Below, in pieces: positions 41,215 through 54,534 of a stretch of DNA of 62,379 bases (position 1 is its first letter; the number at the start of each line of letters is the position of its first letter). The stretch comes from Welwitschia mirabilis. Lineage: Eukaryota. The position numbers and the translations under genes were made by a program. Under the pieces are notes generated by a model. It did no database searches and was not told where the DNA came from. It was given only the letters and a program-made list of their open reading frames with translations. The stretch is taken from NCBI GenBank assembly GCA_051453625.1, contig JBOZIK010000001.1, forward strand, positions 19,671,376 to 19,733,754, in the 5' to 3' direction.

Positions 41215-44200
41215 CAAGGTTGAATCAAAAGACTTTCCATATATTTTTAACCTTTGTTTATTAACTTTCTGAATCTCTTTACTATCTAAGTTAGAAATCT
41301 CAACAGAGTCATTAAGATGTAATTTCTTTATAAGATAAGGACTTAATCATTTAGATATTAACTTATTATGTAAAGGATATATTCTAGTACTTTATAAGAG
41401 AACAAGTTGACCTGGTTCAAACTTTTTATGAACTAATTGACCTGGTTCAAACTTTTTATGAACTAACTTTCTATTATGTTTGAACTTAGCTTGGGCTTTG
41501 TCAATGAGTTGACAATGTAAAACATGAGTACATTTCTCATCAAAGTGATTAAGTTAGGCTAATTTATTTTTAATATTTTTATGAAGGTCTACAAGATTAA
41601 GTTGATGGGAAGAACGATAAGAGTTATAACACACATCAACAAGTAAAACATAAACTTTTCCATATACAAGTCCATAAAGTGAAAAATCAAGAGAACTATG
41701 CTAAGTAGTATGGTAAACCCAAAAAATGTCATTAAGCTTAAAAGTCTAAGATTTATTATTAACAGATAAGTTTTTATAACATTTTCTTTATTCTTCTATT
41801 TGCATTTTTAGATTGACCATTGATTTGTAGATGATAAACAAAATCTACTCTATGTTTAATTCTAATGGATAAAAGAAGTTTCTTAAAAAGATAATTAATA
41901 AAATGAGTTCTTTGATTACTAATGATAATACTAGAAAAATAAAATGTTGAAAAATATAAGTTTTAATACACGTATAAACATTTTGGATATCATTCGTAAA
42001 AGTAGAAATAGCTTTAACCCATTTAATAACATAATCAACAGCCAGTAAAATGTAGTTCTTATCATTAGATTATGGTTTAATAGGGCCTATAAAATTGTTT
42101 TCAAAATAATAAAAAGGTTTACATTCAATAATAAGTTTAAGGAACCTCTCATGAGAATGAATAAAGCTACCATAACATTAACAAGCATTACTCTTTCTAG
42201 TAAAATCAAAAGAGGCCTGAAAAAGACTAGACTAATAAAAACTAGAGTGAAAAATTTTCATTGTTGTTTTCTATCCACTAAAGTAACCTCCACAAACACT
42301 ACCATAGAAAAGATGAATGGTGTCTAATTTTTCCATTGAGGCACACATTTTTCATGTTTTAGTCTTTACACCTATGCTTTTCTACTTTATCAATGACGGT
42401 TAAATTAAAATCTTGCATGAGGAGGATTCATGTAATGAGTCTAGTACTAGAATCTTTCTTAATCATTAGGTATATAATAGTTGCATGGTTAGTATCAACA
42501 TTCATATAAAAGCCTAAAAGATAGTGTCTAAGTGTATTAAGACAAAAGATTATTGCTAATATTTCTTTCTTAATAGTAGTATAACCTTAAAATAATTTTC
42601 ATATTTTTATCTAAGAACTCCACTCATAACCATATTATGAGCATCACACATTAATGCAAAATCTTTATTCCAATTGGGTCCCATTATAATTGGTGCAGAA
42701 GAGATTTTATCTTTAAGTGTTTTAAAAGAAGGCTAACAAGATTCATTCCATTTAAATCTAGCTTCTTTTTCAAGTAAAGAGTTAAGGGGTTTATAAATCT
42801 TAGCATAATTGTAAATAAAATAATGATAAAAACCATAATGACCAAAGAAATTAAACTTGTTTTACTTTTGTTACAGGAGTTAAGTTTTTAATGATACTTA
42901 CTCTTTCAGGGTCCATCCTAATCCTTCACTAGAAATGTGATGACCTAAGATAATTCCATTATCAATAAAAAATAAACTCTTCTTCCAACTCAAACGTAGG
43001 CTACTCTCAATGCATCTATCAAGGGTGTTCTCTAACCTTTCTAAGATTTGTTTAAAGTTTTTACCATAGATTGAGAAGTCATTCATAAAAATTTAAATTA
43101 AATCATTTAACATATCAGAAACAATACCCATCATTGCATATTGAAATTTACTAGAAGTATTACAAAGTTTAAAAGGCACATGTCTAAAGGCAAAAGTTCC
43201 AAAAGGTAAAGTAAAAGTTATTTCATCTTGATCCTCACTAGTAATACAAACCTAATTGTAATTATTATATCTATCAAGAAAGCAATAAAAGGCATGTCCT
43301 TGATTTCTATTAAGTATTTGGTTAAGGAGAGATAAAGGACAATGATCTTTCTTGGTTACTTTATTTAGTTTTCAAAAATCGCTACACATTCTCCACTTCC
43401 CATCTTTCTTAGGTACTACTATTAAAGGATTAAACCATTTACTATTAGATATGGCATAAATAATTTCAGCATCCATTAATTTAATAATTTCAACTTTTAT
43501 GACTTGTTTAAGGGCTGAATTTAGTCTATGTTAGGGTTGTCTAATAGGTTTTGCATTATCCTCAAGGTAGATTTTATATTAAATAATAGAAGTAGGAATG
43601 GCTGTTAAATCTTTGTGGGACCAAGTAGATGCATTAACCTTAGAATTCAAAAGTAAGATTAAAATCGATTCATATTGAGAAAAAAGATTCTTATTTATTA
43701 TTGAAGGTCTATTCTAGTCACCACATAGAAAAATATATTTCAGTCCATGGGTAAATATTTTAGATTTAATTTTAGATTTTTATTTTTCATTAAATTTTTT
43801 TTTCAAATTTTACTATCATCTTAGACTATCGTCTAGATAATTGGGATGAATGGCCTCACTCAAAATAAGAAATCTTAGTTGTTTTCTAGTGTTTGACTTA
43901 TTTACAAATTGTATTTTTAGTTTCTTTAGTCTTTTGATCAAAGTAATCAAAACCTAAATGATTATAGTTAAGTTGATCATCATCAAAAGCTTTCAAGTTT
44001 TTTACTTTAAGTGGATCATCAAAGAAGGTAGGCTCATAAAGTATTAATCATCTTTCTTTATGTGGATGATGCTGTAAGAATAGAGCTGTCTTAATTTCTC
44101 CTTCACTATTCAACTCATCACATAAGTTCTTTTCAATAGCATTAAAAAATCTAATGGTAAACTTTTTATTTCCTTACTAATATTTCATTATTCCAGCTTT

Positions 44201-46574
44201 TGTATCAATAATATAATGGATTGTTTCATAAAAATCTCTATCTATAGGTACTGAATAACCTTTGTTATACTCAACTTCAATTACAACCACATCTATTAGA
44301 TAGAATGCTTTCTTAATTTAAATCATCAAATATTTATTACTCCTAAAGATTTCTTCATTGATGTATCTGCCAATTCTAAGACAATTATTATAGGCTCAAT
44401 TCTACTTTTTAACCCAAGTCATTGACAAATGTGTAAAGGCATAATATTAACACTTGCTCCTATATCAATTAAGATTTTCTTTATTCTTTATTTTCTTCTA
44501 ATGTGACACTAATTATTTCTACCCCTGGATCCTTAAATTTTGGACATTTTTGTAAGATTAAGTTGGTTATAAATGGGGATAGGAAGACTTTACTAGGTAT
44601 AATTTATTTTTTGTTTCCTCCTAATTAGATATTTTTACAACTTAGAATATTTAAATTTTTCTTATAAGAGTTTACAAATGGTAAATTTATGCTCACATTT
44701 TGCATTAAGGCTTTCAGATGCTCATCAAAAGTAGGATTTGTATTTAATCTAATCAAGCCGAGGTGTAGCAGGTTTCTTACTTTTATCTTGAGAAGAATCT
44801 TTCTTATTAAGCTTATTACTTAAAGGAGAAGGGAATGTTTGAGTTTTTAAGATTTCAATAGCCTCTTCTTCTTCATCATTCTTATCATTTTGAGATGTTG
44901 AAGCCTCATAGGTGAGAGGTGTTGTATCATTTCCACTTCTTGTCATAATCTTATAATATTTTCTTACTTCATTAAAGTTTGGTAAATGTTGTATTGCAAG
45001 TAATCATTGTGGTCTTTGATTTGTAAGCATAGTTTGTTAAAGAACATTACAAGATTTTTAATGTTTTAATTTATCTTTTCTTAAGATTTTCTTAACTCAT
45101 TAATGAAATTTTTGATGTTCTTGTTTGATAATTTGAGTTACTTATTTGGAATTTTGAGTTGTTTATTTAAAAGTTAGCATCCTTAAATCCATTTCTAAAT
45201 GGTTGAAAATTTAGATGATTTTCTTAAAAGTTCTTAAATTTGTTCTCAAAGGATTAAAAATTTAGTTGTTCATTCATTTTAGGCTGAAATTAATTTTGAT
45301 TTTGATTTTGATTTTGGATTTTAAAATTTGAAGACTTTTGGTTGAATGCACACATCTCTTCATAAATCTTTTCTTTTTAAGTAGGAAATAAAGGACACTC
45401 TTTTATTATATGATAGTTTTCTTCATATAAATCACAATTTAGAACCATGACCACACTCTTTTCAGTTGTCATCTTTGCATCTAAGATCATTTGAGTGGAT
45501 TTTTCTAATGTTGTTGTAGAATCCTTAATGACATTTATTAGTTCTTTTTTATTTTCACTTTCTCATTTTCTTGTTCTACTTTTTTAAGATCTTTTATTAT
45601 TTGGCCTAGAGTATGATTTTCTTTAGGTGTTGATTTAGACCATGTTTGACTTACTTCTACTAGTTTTTCCAATAATCTTCATGTATTTTCTAATGTAAGA
45701 TCCATCAAATTTCATTCTCATAAAAAATATACAAGTTATTTTGTTTGGTTATTAAGTCCACTATAGAAATAATCTATTAATTCTTTTTAAGTGAATGCAT
45801 CTATAGGATTAGAATGTATGGCAATGAAAAATCATTCATAAGTGGAGGCATAATCTTTATTAAGTTGTTATTGGAAATTTTTTACCTATTTCTTTTTTTC
45901 CTTATGATTGTTTCACTCATAAATCTTTTTATAAATGCTTCTTAAATTTGATTCCATATTTTTAATCTTTTATGTGAAATAGTTCTTAAGTATAATTTAG
46001 CTTTTCCTTTTAAAATGCTAAAAACAATAACCATATAAGTATGATCACTAATTCCTTTTTTACCATTTCTAGAAGTAAGCACTAACTATTCAATGTCAAC
46101 TATATATTGAAGGGGATCTTCATTGTTTTCTACATTAAAACTAGGATAGGTATTTAAATTTCTTAACTCGACATTATTACCAAGAGGTAGGTTAAAAGGG
46201 ATTTGACTTTTACATTTCTTATTTGTAATTATTTATTTATGGGTAACATTAGCATTTAGGTTTATGAGGGTATTAAAGGTTCCGATCATAATAGGAGGAT
46301 TAGGTGAAGAAACTTGTTTCTATTTTTGCAATGAATTTGACATTGTAATAGAAACTTTTTTTTCTAAACTATCTTTTGAAAAATTTTGTTTGAAAAAATC
46401 AGATTTAGAAACATTAAATGCAAAGATATCTTCTTGCTTAATTTTTCAAATATTTTATGTATCTAGGGTATGCATATCTAGGTTTATTTCATAGTCGATC
46501 AAATCTTTTCGGATGTTTTCTTTAATTAATAGCCAATCTCTTTGATATTGCACCTTTTTACCAAAGTCTACCAT
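41215..46574 (-). pseudogene. gag-pol: A2 gag-pol polyprotein, decayed
   Basis: RT fragments FMNDFSIYG...GIILGHHISSEG (42898-43086), KKDGKWRMC (~43386) and TLPFGTFAFRHVPFKLCN. Protease ILIDIGASVNIMP (~44438-44476). Colinear with A1. Confidence 0.9.
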
Positions 46575-46984
46575 GTCCTAGCATGCTTAGTTCTATTTCT
46601 ATAAGCATTGTTTCAATGGTCGTCTGGACAATGTAACTAAACAACAACCGATACAAAAAACTCAAAAACAAAAAACACATAAAAAAAGAATCATGAAATA
46701 GCACAGAATGAAAATGCCCGTTGTCTGCTAAGTTGTTTGGATGATAGAAGGAACAATAAGAGAGAAACCGTAGTTCTTAAGAAAACAAATAGGTATCATC
46801 GCTAGAGGTCATCTAGATGATAAGGGGGACAATAAGACATTATTTTCAAAACGTAAAATGAAAAATGTGAAAAGGAAGACCTACATTTCTACTAAAAGAA
46901 TACAATGATACTGCACACAAATACCTAAACCAAAATCTAAAATAATTATTAAATTAATAACAATCCTTGTACTCCAAGCAGCCT

Positions 46985-47002
46985 TCCCCGGGAACAGTGC
47001 CA
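46985..47002 (-). promoter_or_regulatory. PBS of A2 (Athila tRNA-Asp type)
   Basis: TGGCACTGTTCCCGGGGA versus the Athila consensus TGGCGCCGTTGCCGGGGA, 3 nt from the LTR end. Confidence 0.85.
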
Positions 47003-47005
47003 AGA

Positions 47006-48276
47006 TGTTGTAGTGCATATTTATGCAAATGTTATATTCTTAAATAAATTTTGTAAATAAAATATACATATATATATATATATATGTATATATATACATA
47101 TATTTCACAACACAACACACTAATATAGATGGGAGTGATTCAAATGTTGTAATTATATCAAAGGCATAAGAGAGAAGAAAGAGAATTGATTTCAAAAATA
47201 AAACACTTTGTAATCTCTAAGTAGAATAAAATAACAATGCACATGAATACACTATGTAAATGAGATGCAAGTTCTATTATAAATGAAACTTCTATCTGAT
47301 TATCAAATCAAACTGCTATGAATATCAACCATATATAATCTAGATCAATCAAGAAAAGTCGTCATTAGAGCAAAATCAACCTAAGCTATCAGGTAAGTCA
47401 AACAGAATATAAAAACAATGCAAAGTTAATCTATAAAATGAAATTCAATGTACCTAAACTAATAATGTTAACCTTAACAAAGATTATCCTCATGATCTAT
47501 ATTACTAATGAAACTATCACAAAATCAAAAGCAACATAAACCATAAGGAAGATTCTCATAATAAAAGATATAAGAAGGAAAACAAAGTTTTGATTAAAGT
47601 GAATCGAACATTCGTGTCACAAAGTAGTAGCATCTCAATGAAAGATATACAGTTCAACATCAAGAAAGATTTCTCTCTACAACAATAGTGGATGGACCTC
47701 TTGCCCTTTGATCTCCTATCACAGAAATTTCCAATGCTAAAGAAGATGAAAATGGAATTAAGGGTAGAGGAGGTATTTATTACAAAATAGACTTTAAAAT
47801 TAGCAAATACTAACAGACACGCTAAGAACCCTAATAGCCAAATAAGGTACAAGCCATATGGATAGAGTTTGGTGAAGTTTGGTGAAGTGTTATTTTTAGA
47901 TGTTGTCCTGCTAGTTGTCTAGACATCACAAGAGACTTTACCATATCATATGAGTTTTACATCAATTGTCAAATTAATCTAGTAAGCATCTTTCTTAGCT
48001 TAAGTATTTTTATCATCCATTTAGTCATCTAGACAATTAGGTAGATGATGGACTTTTGTAAAGTATTTCTTGTGTTGCATTAGCCTCTTTGATTACAGGA
48101 TTGCTGTTTCAATAGAAAGTATTGTAATTTGCTTCAAATGTTGTCAAATGTAATGAAGATTGCATATTTTTGTACCTTTTGTATTTGCTCTCCATTATCA
48201 TTAAAACTTAGCATGAATATATCTAATTCCTATAAAACTACTCAAAATACCTTATCAAATACATGGCACTATAACG
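47006..48276 (-). repeat. 5' LTR of A2, containing a (TA)n tract at ~47063-47103
   Basis: Homology to the other family LTRs, flanked by the PBS and the TSD. Confidence 0.9.
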
Positions 48277-50317
48277 AGCTCTTAGTTCTAATGGTTTTAT
48301 AGTGGAGTTCTATAAGATATTCTAGGATATCAACAAATTAGATATTTATGTTGCAATTTAGGAAACCTTTAAAAAAGGTACTTTTTTACAATCCATTCAA
48401 TAACACAATTATCATTTTTATTTCTAAATTAGAAGATGTAGAAAGACCTTAACCATATATAATAATTAGCTTATGCAATGTTTTTTAGGAGATTTGCTCT
48501 AAGATTACTATTGGCTAACTAAAAGCTCTTCTCCTAGATATGGTTTTGCCTTTTTAATCTCATTTTATAGTTGGAAGATTCATCCATATAATATCATCTT
48601 GGGCACTTATATCATTCACTTGCACTACTAGAAAAACAAACCTATAATGTTTTTCAAGCTAGACATAGTTAAGGCTTTCAACATCATGTAGTGGAAAATG
48701 ATAGACTTTATATCACAGGAGCATAGCCTCCTTGCACTTCTTAGGAATTATATTCACTTATGTATCTTACTATTAATCTTCTCTATGATGGTTTACAATG
48801 AGCAATATAGTTACTTCCAAGGTAGCAGTAGTCTTTAATAAGATGACCCCTTATCTCCCTATAATTTTGTTTTCGTAACTAATTCTTTAGCTAGACTATT
48901 GTTGTAGTAGAAAATCTTGGCAATTAAATTAGTCCCCTCTTTTCCTATTCTCCAATTTACAAATGAAACTCAATTGTGTTCATACTCTATTCTTCTTGTG
49001 TCTTGATAAGTTCATAATATCTTAAATGAGTTCAAAAATTTTGTAGGCCTTGCTATTAATTGATACAAATCCAAACTAATCTTGATGAATATACCTAGCA
49101 GACAAAATTAGACATTCTAAAGGTTTCTCAAAGTTCCCAATTAAACTTCCCAGATGCCTATCTTGGGCTTCCTCTTGATTAGGATTAGATTGCTAAAAAT
49201 AGTTGGCCTCCCTTAGTGAGAAAAATTACAGCCCAATTGACTATATGGAATAAGAAATCTCTATCAAGTGTAAGAAAAATCCTTCTTACTAAATCATGTC
49301 TAGTAAGCATGATTATACATCCTACTAGTTGTTTTTTTATGTCTAAAAAATTTACTAATTTGATTAATAATTTAATTAGATATTTCATTTGATTGAGTGA
49401 CAAAACCTCACAAGGGGCTGCATCTTATTAATTTTGATCATGTTACCATACCAAAAAAAGTGGGAGGCCTTAGGATGAGAATAATTTTAGATACATGAAA
49501 ATGCATTCTAACTAAAGAATTTTGTAGATTTCATTTAGAAAATAACATTCCTTGAATAATTTTTTTTCAGAAATATTACAAACACAAGAAAAGGAACTCC
49601 ATATTTTAGAGGAAAATGATCCAATTCATAAGAGAAATTTGATGGAAAACTTTTTAAAATTAAATCCTTTTCATTCAAAATGGAAAAATCAGGATTTATA
49701 GAATGTATTATAATATTTTTGAGTATGATAACAGATGGAAAAGGTTATGGAAACTTCATATTCCTAAGAAAATCAAAATGTTTTGGTGGTATATGTTAAA
49801 AGATTACATTTGTATAATAGATAAGCTTATTCAAAAAAAAATTTAAGAATAGATTAGGATTAGCCCATGTGTCATAAAGATAATGAGAATAAACATCACT
49901 TGTTCATTAAATGTTCTTTTGCAAAAGATCTTTGGAGATCCCTGAACATACCTCCTCCCTTTTATTTTAGCTTGGACAACTTTAGTTATTTCAAAAACAA
50001 TAACACCATGATCATTGGAGCTTAGTTATTATGGAATCATAAGTGAACATGATATTTCAGCATGAAAAAAATCTCTCTTTTAAAACTAAAATTCAAAATC
50101 ATTTAGCAAATTAGAGACCTAGATGAGATCCATAACCATAAAAGGCAAGCTCATTCAAATCCTCCAAATAGATCTAATTTTGAGTTGTAGATGGACCTGC
50201 AATAGGGAACATTTAAACACATTGCACATGATCATTAGAGTCACACTTGACAGGTACTTGCAGCCACAAAAATCATTACACATTAGAAGACATGGAAAAG
50301 GGTTTGAGAACTAAACT
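48277..50317 (+). pseudogene. LINE ORF2 RT and zf-RVT region, copy 1
   Basis: ALSSNGFIVEFYK (KAPGPDGF..EFY-like), ISLCN, KLDIVKAF, DDPLSP, LQFTN (FADD-like), YLGLPL, KIKMFWW and C..C....E...HLFIKCSFA. Confidence 0.85.
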
Positions 50318-50417
50318 NNNNNNNNNNNNNNNNNNNNNNNNNNNNNNNNNNNNNNNNNNNNNNNNNNNNNNNNNNNNNNNNNNNNNNNNNNNNNNNNNNN
50401 NNNNNNNNNNNNNNNNN

Positions 50418-50470
<53 letters not shown>

Positions 50471-53400
50471 CACAACACAACACACTATTATAGATGGAAG
50501 TGACCCAAATGTCGTAATTCTATCGAAGGCATAGGTGAGAAGAAAGAGAATTGATTTCGAAAATGAAACACTTTGTAATCTCTAAGTAGAATAAAATAAC
50601 AACGTAAAATAACAATGCAAATGAACACACTATGTAAATGAGATGCAAGTCCTATTATAAATGCAACTTCTATCTAATTACCAAATCAAACTGTCACGAA
50701 TACCAACCCTATATAATCTAGATCAATCAAGAAAAGTCGTCATTGGACCAAGATCAACCTAAGCTATCAGGTAAGTCAAACAGAATATGAAAATAATGTA
50801 AAGTTAATCTTCAAAATGAAACACAATGTACCTAAACTAATAATGTTAACAAAGATTATTCTTGTGATCTATATCACTAATGAAACTGTCACAGAATAAA
50901 AAGAAACATAAACAATAAGGAAGATGCACATAACAAAAAGATATAAGAAGGAAAACAGAGTTTTGATTAAAGTGAATCAAACATCCGTGTTACAAAGCAG
51001 TAGCCTCTCAATGAAAGATATACAGCTCAACACCAAAGAAGATTTCTCGCTACAACAATAGTGGATATACCTCCTACCCTTCGATCTTCTATCATAGAAA
51101 TTTATGATACTAAAGAAGATGAAAATGGAGTTAAGGGAAGAGGAGGTATTTATTACAAAACAGACTCTAAAATTAGCAAACACTAATAGACACACTAATA
51201 ACCCTAATAGCCAAATAAGGTACAAGCCACATGGCTAGAGTTTGGTGAAGTTTGATGAAGTGTTATTTTTAGGTATTGTCCTGCTGATTATCCAGACATC
51301 ACAAGAGACGATACCATATCATATGAGTTCTACATCAGTTATCAAATTAATATAGTAAGCATCTTTCTTAGCTTAAGTGTTTTTATCATCCGTTTAGTCA
51401 TCCAGACAATTAGGTGAATGATGGACTTTTGTAAAGTATTTCTTGTATTGCGTTAACCTCTTTGATTACAGGATTGCTTCTTCAATAGAAAGTATTATAA
51501 TTTGCTTCAAATGCTATCAAATGTAATGAAGATTGCATATTTTTGTGCCTTTTGTCTTTGCTCTCCATTATCATTAAGACTTAGTGTAAATATGTCTAAT
51601 GTCCTATATAGTGGAGTTCTATAAGATATTCTAGGATATTAACAAATCAGATGTTTATGTTGCAATTTAAAAAACCTTTAAAAAAGGTACTTTTTAGAAG
51701 CCATTTAATAATACTATTATTATTTTTATTCCTAGATCAGAAGATGCAGAAAGACCTTAACCATATAGAATAATTATCTTATGCAATGTTTTTTATGAGA
51801 TTTGCTCTAAGATCACTGTTGGCCAGCTAAAAGCTCTTCTCTTAGATATGGTTTTGCCTTTCTAATCTTGTTTTATAGTTGGAAGATTCATCCATATAAC
51901 ATCATCTTGGGTACTTAAATCATTCACTTGCACTACCAGAAAAACAAACCTATAATGTTTTTCAAGCTAGACATAGCTAAGGCTTTCAACATCATGTAGT
52001 GGAAAATGATAGACTTTATATTACAAGAGCACAGTCTCCTTGCACTTCTTAGGAATTATATTCACTTCTGTTTCTTATTGTTAATCTTCTCTGTGATGGT
52101 TCACAGTGAGCAATATAGTTACTTCCACGGTAGCAATAGTCTTTGATAAGATGATCCCTTATGTCCCTGTAATTTTGTTTTGATAATTGATTCTTTAGCT
52201 AGACTATTATTGTAGTAGAAAATCTTGGCAATCGAATTAGCCCCCTCTTTTCCTATTCTCCAATTTACAAATGATACTCAATTGTGTTCAGACTCTAGCC
52301 TTTTGTGGCTTAGCAAGCTCGTAATATCTTAAATGAGTTCAAAAAGTTTGTAGTCCATGCTATCAATTGATACAAATCAAAACTAATCTTGACAAATACA
52401 CCCTAGCAGACAAAATTAGACATTCTAAAGGTTTTTTCAAGTTCCGAATAAAACTTCCTAGATGTCTATCTTGGGATTCCTCTTAATTAGGATTAGATTG
52501 CTAAAAACATTTGGCCTCCCTTAGTGAGAAAAATTACAGCCTAATTGACTAGATGGGATAAGAAATCTCTATCAAGTGCAAGAAAAATCCTTCTTACTAA
52601 ATCATGTCTGGTAAGCATGATTATACATCCTACTAGTTTTTTTTTATGTCTAAAAAATTTACTAGTTTAATTAATAATTTAATTAAAGATTTCATTTGAT
52701 TGAGTAACAAAACCTCACAAGAGGCTCCATCTTACTAATTTTGATCAAGTCACCATACCAAAAAAAGTGGGAGGCCTTAGTATGAGAATAATTTTAGATA
52801 TAAGCAAATGCATTCTAACTAAAGACTTTTGTAGATTTCATTTAGAAAACAACATTCCTTGAATAAAATTTTTTCAGAAAGATTACAAAGACAAGAAAAG
52901 GAACTCCATATTTTAAAGGCAAATGATCCAATCCATAAGAGAAATTTGATGGAATTTTTTTTAAAATTAAATCTTTTCCATTCAAAATGGAAAAATTAGG
53001 ATTTATATAATATTTTTGAGTATGACAACAGATGGAAAAGTTTATGGAAACTTGATATTCCTAAGAAAATCAAAATGTTTTGGTGGTATATGTTAAAAGA
53101 TTACATTTCAATAATAGATAAGCTTAGTCAAAAAAATTTAAGAATAGATTAGGATTATCCCATGTGTCACAAAGATAATGAGAATCAACATCACTTGTTG
53201 ATTAAATGTTCTTTTGCAAAATATCTTTGGAGAGCCTAGAACATACCTTCTCCCTTTCATTTTATCTTGGACAACTTTAGTTATTTCAAAAACAATAACA
53301 CCATGATCATTGGAGCTTGGTTATTATGGAAGCACAAGTGCAACATTATATTTCAGCGTGAAAAAATTCTCTCTTTTAAAACTAAAATTCAAAATCATTT

Positions 53401-53612
53401 AGCAGATTAGAGAACTAGATGAGATTCATAGCCATAAAAGGGGAGCTCATTCCAATCCTTCAAATGGACCTAATTTTGAGTTGTAGATAGACATGCAATA
53501 GGGAACATTTAAACACACTGCACATGAGCATCAGAGTCACACTTGACAAGTACTTGCAACCACAAAAATCATGACACATCAGAAGACATGGGAAAGGCTT
53601 TGAGAACTAAAC
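50418..53612. repeat. Tandem duplicate of ~47063-50317 (most of the A2 5' LTR plus LINE RT), diverged
   Basis: Colinear over ~3.2 kb with many substitutions and several indels. Separated from copy 1 by a 100-N gap and begins in the (TA)n tract. Confidence 0.9.
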
Positions 53613-53880
53613 CAGCCAAGCACAATGCGCTGCTAAACCATGATCAGACTTGGAAGGCCTTTCAAGCTACAGGATAAAACTCTTATGCATTAAGCCTCAA
53701 GGGTGATGATCTAGATCTTGCAAAGGATTTCTTCAAGAACTAGGATAGCAGATTTACAAAAATAAGTTACTATCATTTTTATTGACATTTCTTTAATTAG
53801 TGATGCTATCTGCTTAGGCTCGCAAGGTATTGAGCTCAAAAGGGGTGCTAATAAAGCCTCCATGGTATCTCGGTTTTAAA
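51607..53880 (+). pseudogene. LINE ORF2 RT, zf-RVT and possible RNase H-like tail, copy 2
   Basis: Same motifs as copy 1. Downstream LKGDDLDLAK and ELKRGANKA resemble the L1 RNase H motifs EGDS..V and H..RE.N..A. Confidence 0.7.
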
Positions 53881-54483
53881 CTTAATAGGGAAACCTTTAA
53901 GAAATAGAGGAGGAAGTTACAAGAGGAAAGATCTTCCAAGGCTTTTTGATTCTTGGGCAACTTTGATTATCCAGTATTACACCTTGGAAGGGCATTTTGA
54001 CGACATCGATGAGCTGCATTTCCATTTTCTTATTGCAATGATGGGAGAATTCTAGATAAATCTTTCTTTTTTCCTCTCAAATTTGCTTCGCTACTCCCTA
54101 CAAAGCTACAAGGTAAGGCATGAAGGTTTAATTTGGCTTCTTTATCAAAGAAAAATTCAGATAGATGTAGGAGTTTTATCTTGGCAAGGTGTCCCAAGAG
54201 GGCCCATTCAGAAACTTCTATACTAAGCCTATCAATGTTAGTTCGCTTGCTTAGATTCCTCCTCCTAAATTTACTTGAACTGAATACTGCTTCGTTGTAA
54301 ACCCATTGGGGTATGCTAGTCTAGAATTAATATTTCAATGGAATTGGGAACTGAGGAAATTAGACGCTACTATTTGGGGGTTTGATTACCACCACGACTC
54401 TTATAAAGCTTGAAAAAATAGCTTTTAAGCTATTTTGTAATCTTCTCTTATTTTAATTTCTAATAAATCTATTTATCGTTTCT

Positions 54484-54484
<1 letters not shown>

Positions 54485-54532
<48 letters not shown>
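54485..54532. repeat. (GA)n microsatellite
   Basis: About 24 perfect GA units. Confidence 0.95.

Positions 54533-54534
<2 letters not shown>

Larger units (their letters stand above)
36309..48276 (-). mobile_element. Athila-type Ty3/gypsy element A2, same family as A1, full length, decayed
   Basis: Perfect TSD AGCTC (36304-36308 and 48277-48281). LTRs 36309-37143 and 47006-48276. PBS TGGCACTGTTCCCGGGGA. PPT at ~37144-37160. The interior is colinear with A1 in reverse. Confidence 0.92.
33494..54484 (+). mobile_element. L1-type LINE, near full length, decayed, interrupted by A2 and partly duplicated
   Basis: ORF1 and ORF2 motifs occur in order (see following features). AATAAA at 54462-54467. 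The true 5' end is not defined, probably ~33200. Confidence 0.85.

Noticed and set aside
47556-47852. Recurring small 'protein' MYLIWLLG...DRRSKG.RSIHYCC, also at 27038, 36428 and 50977
   Set aside because: It recurs only because it lies in four copies of the same LTR. Start, length and frame vary, so there is no evidence of coding selection.
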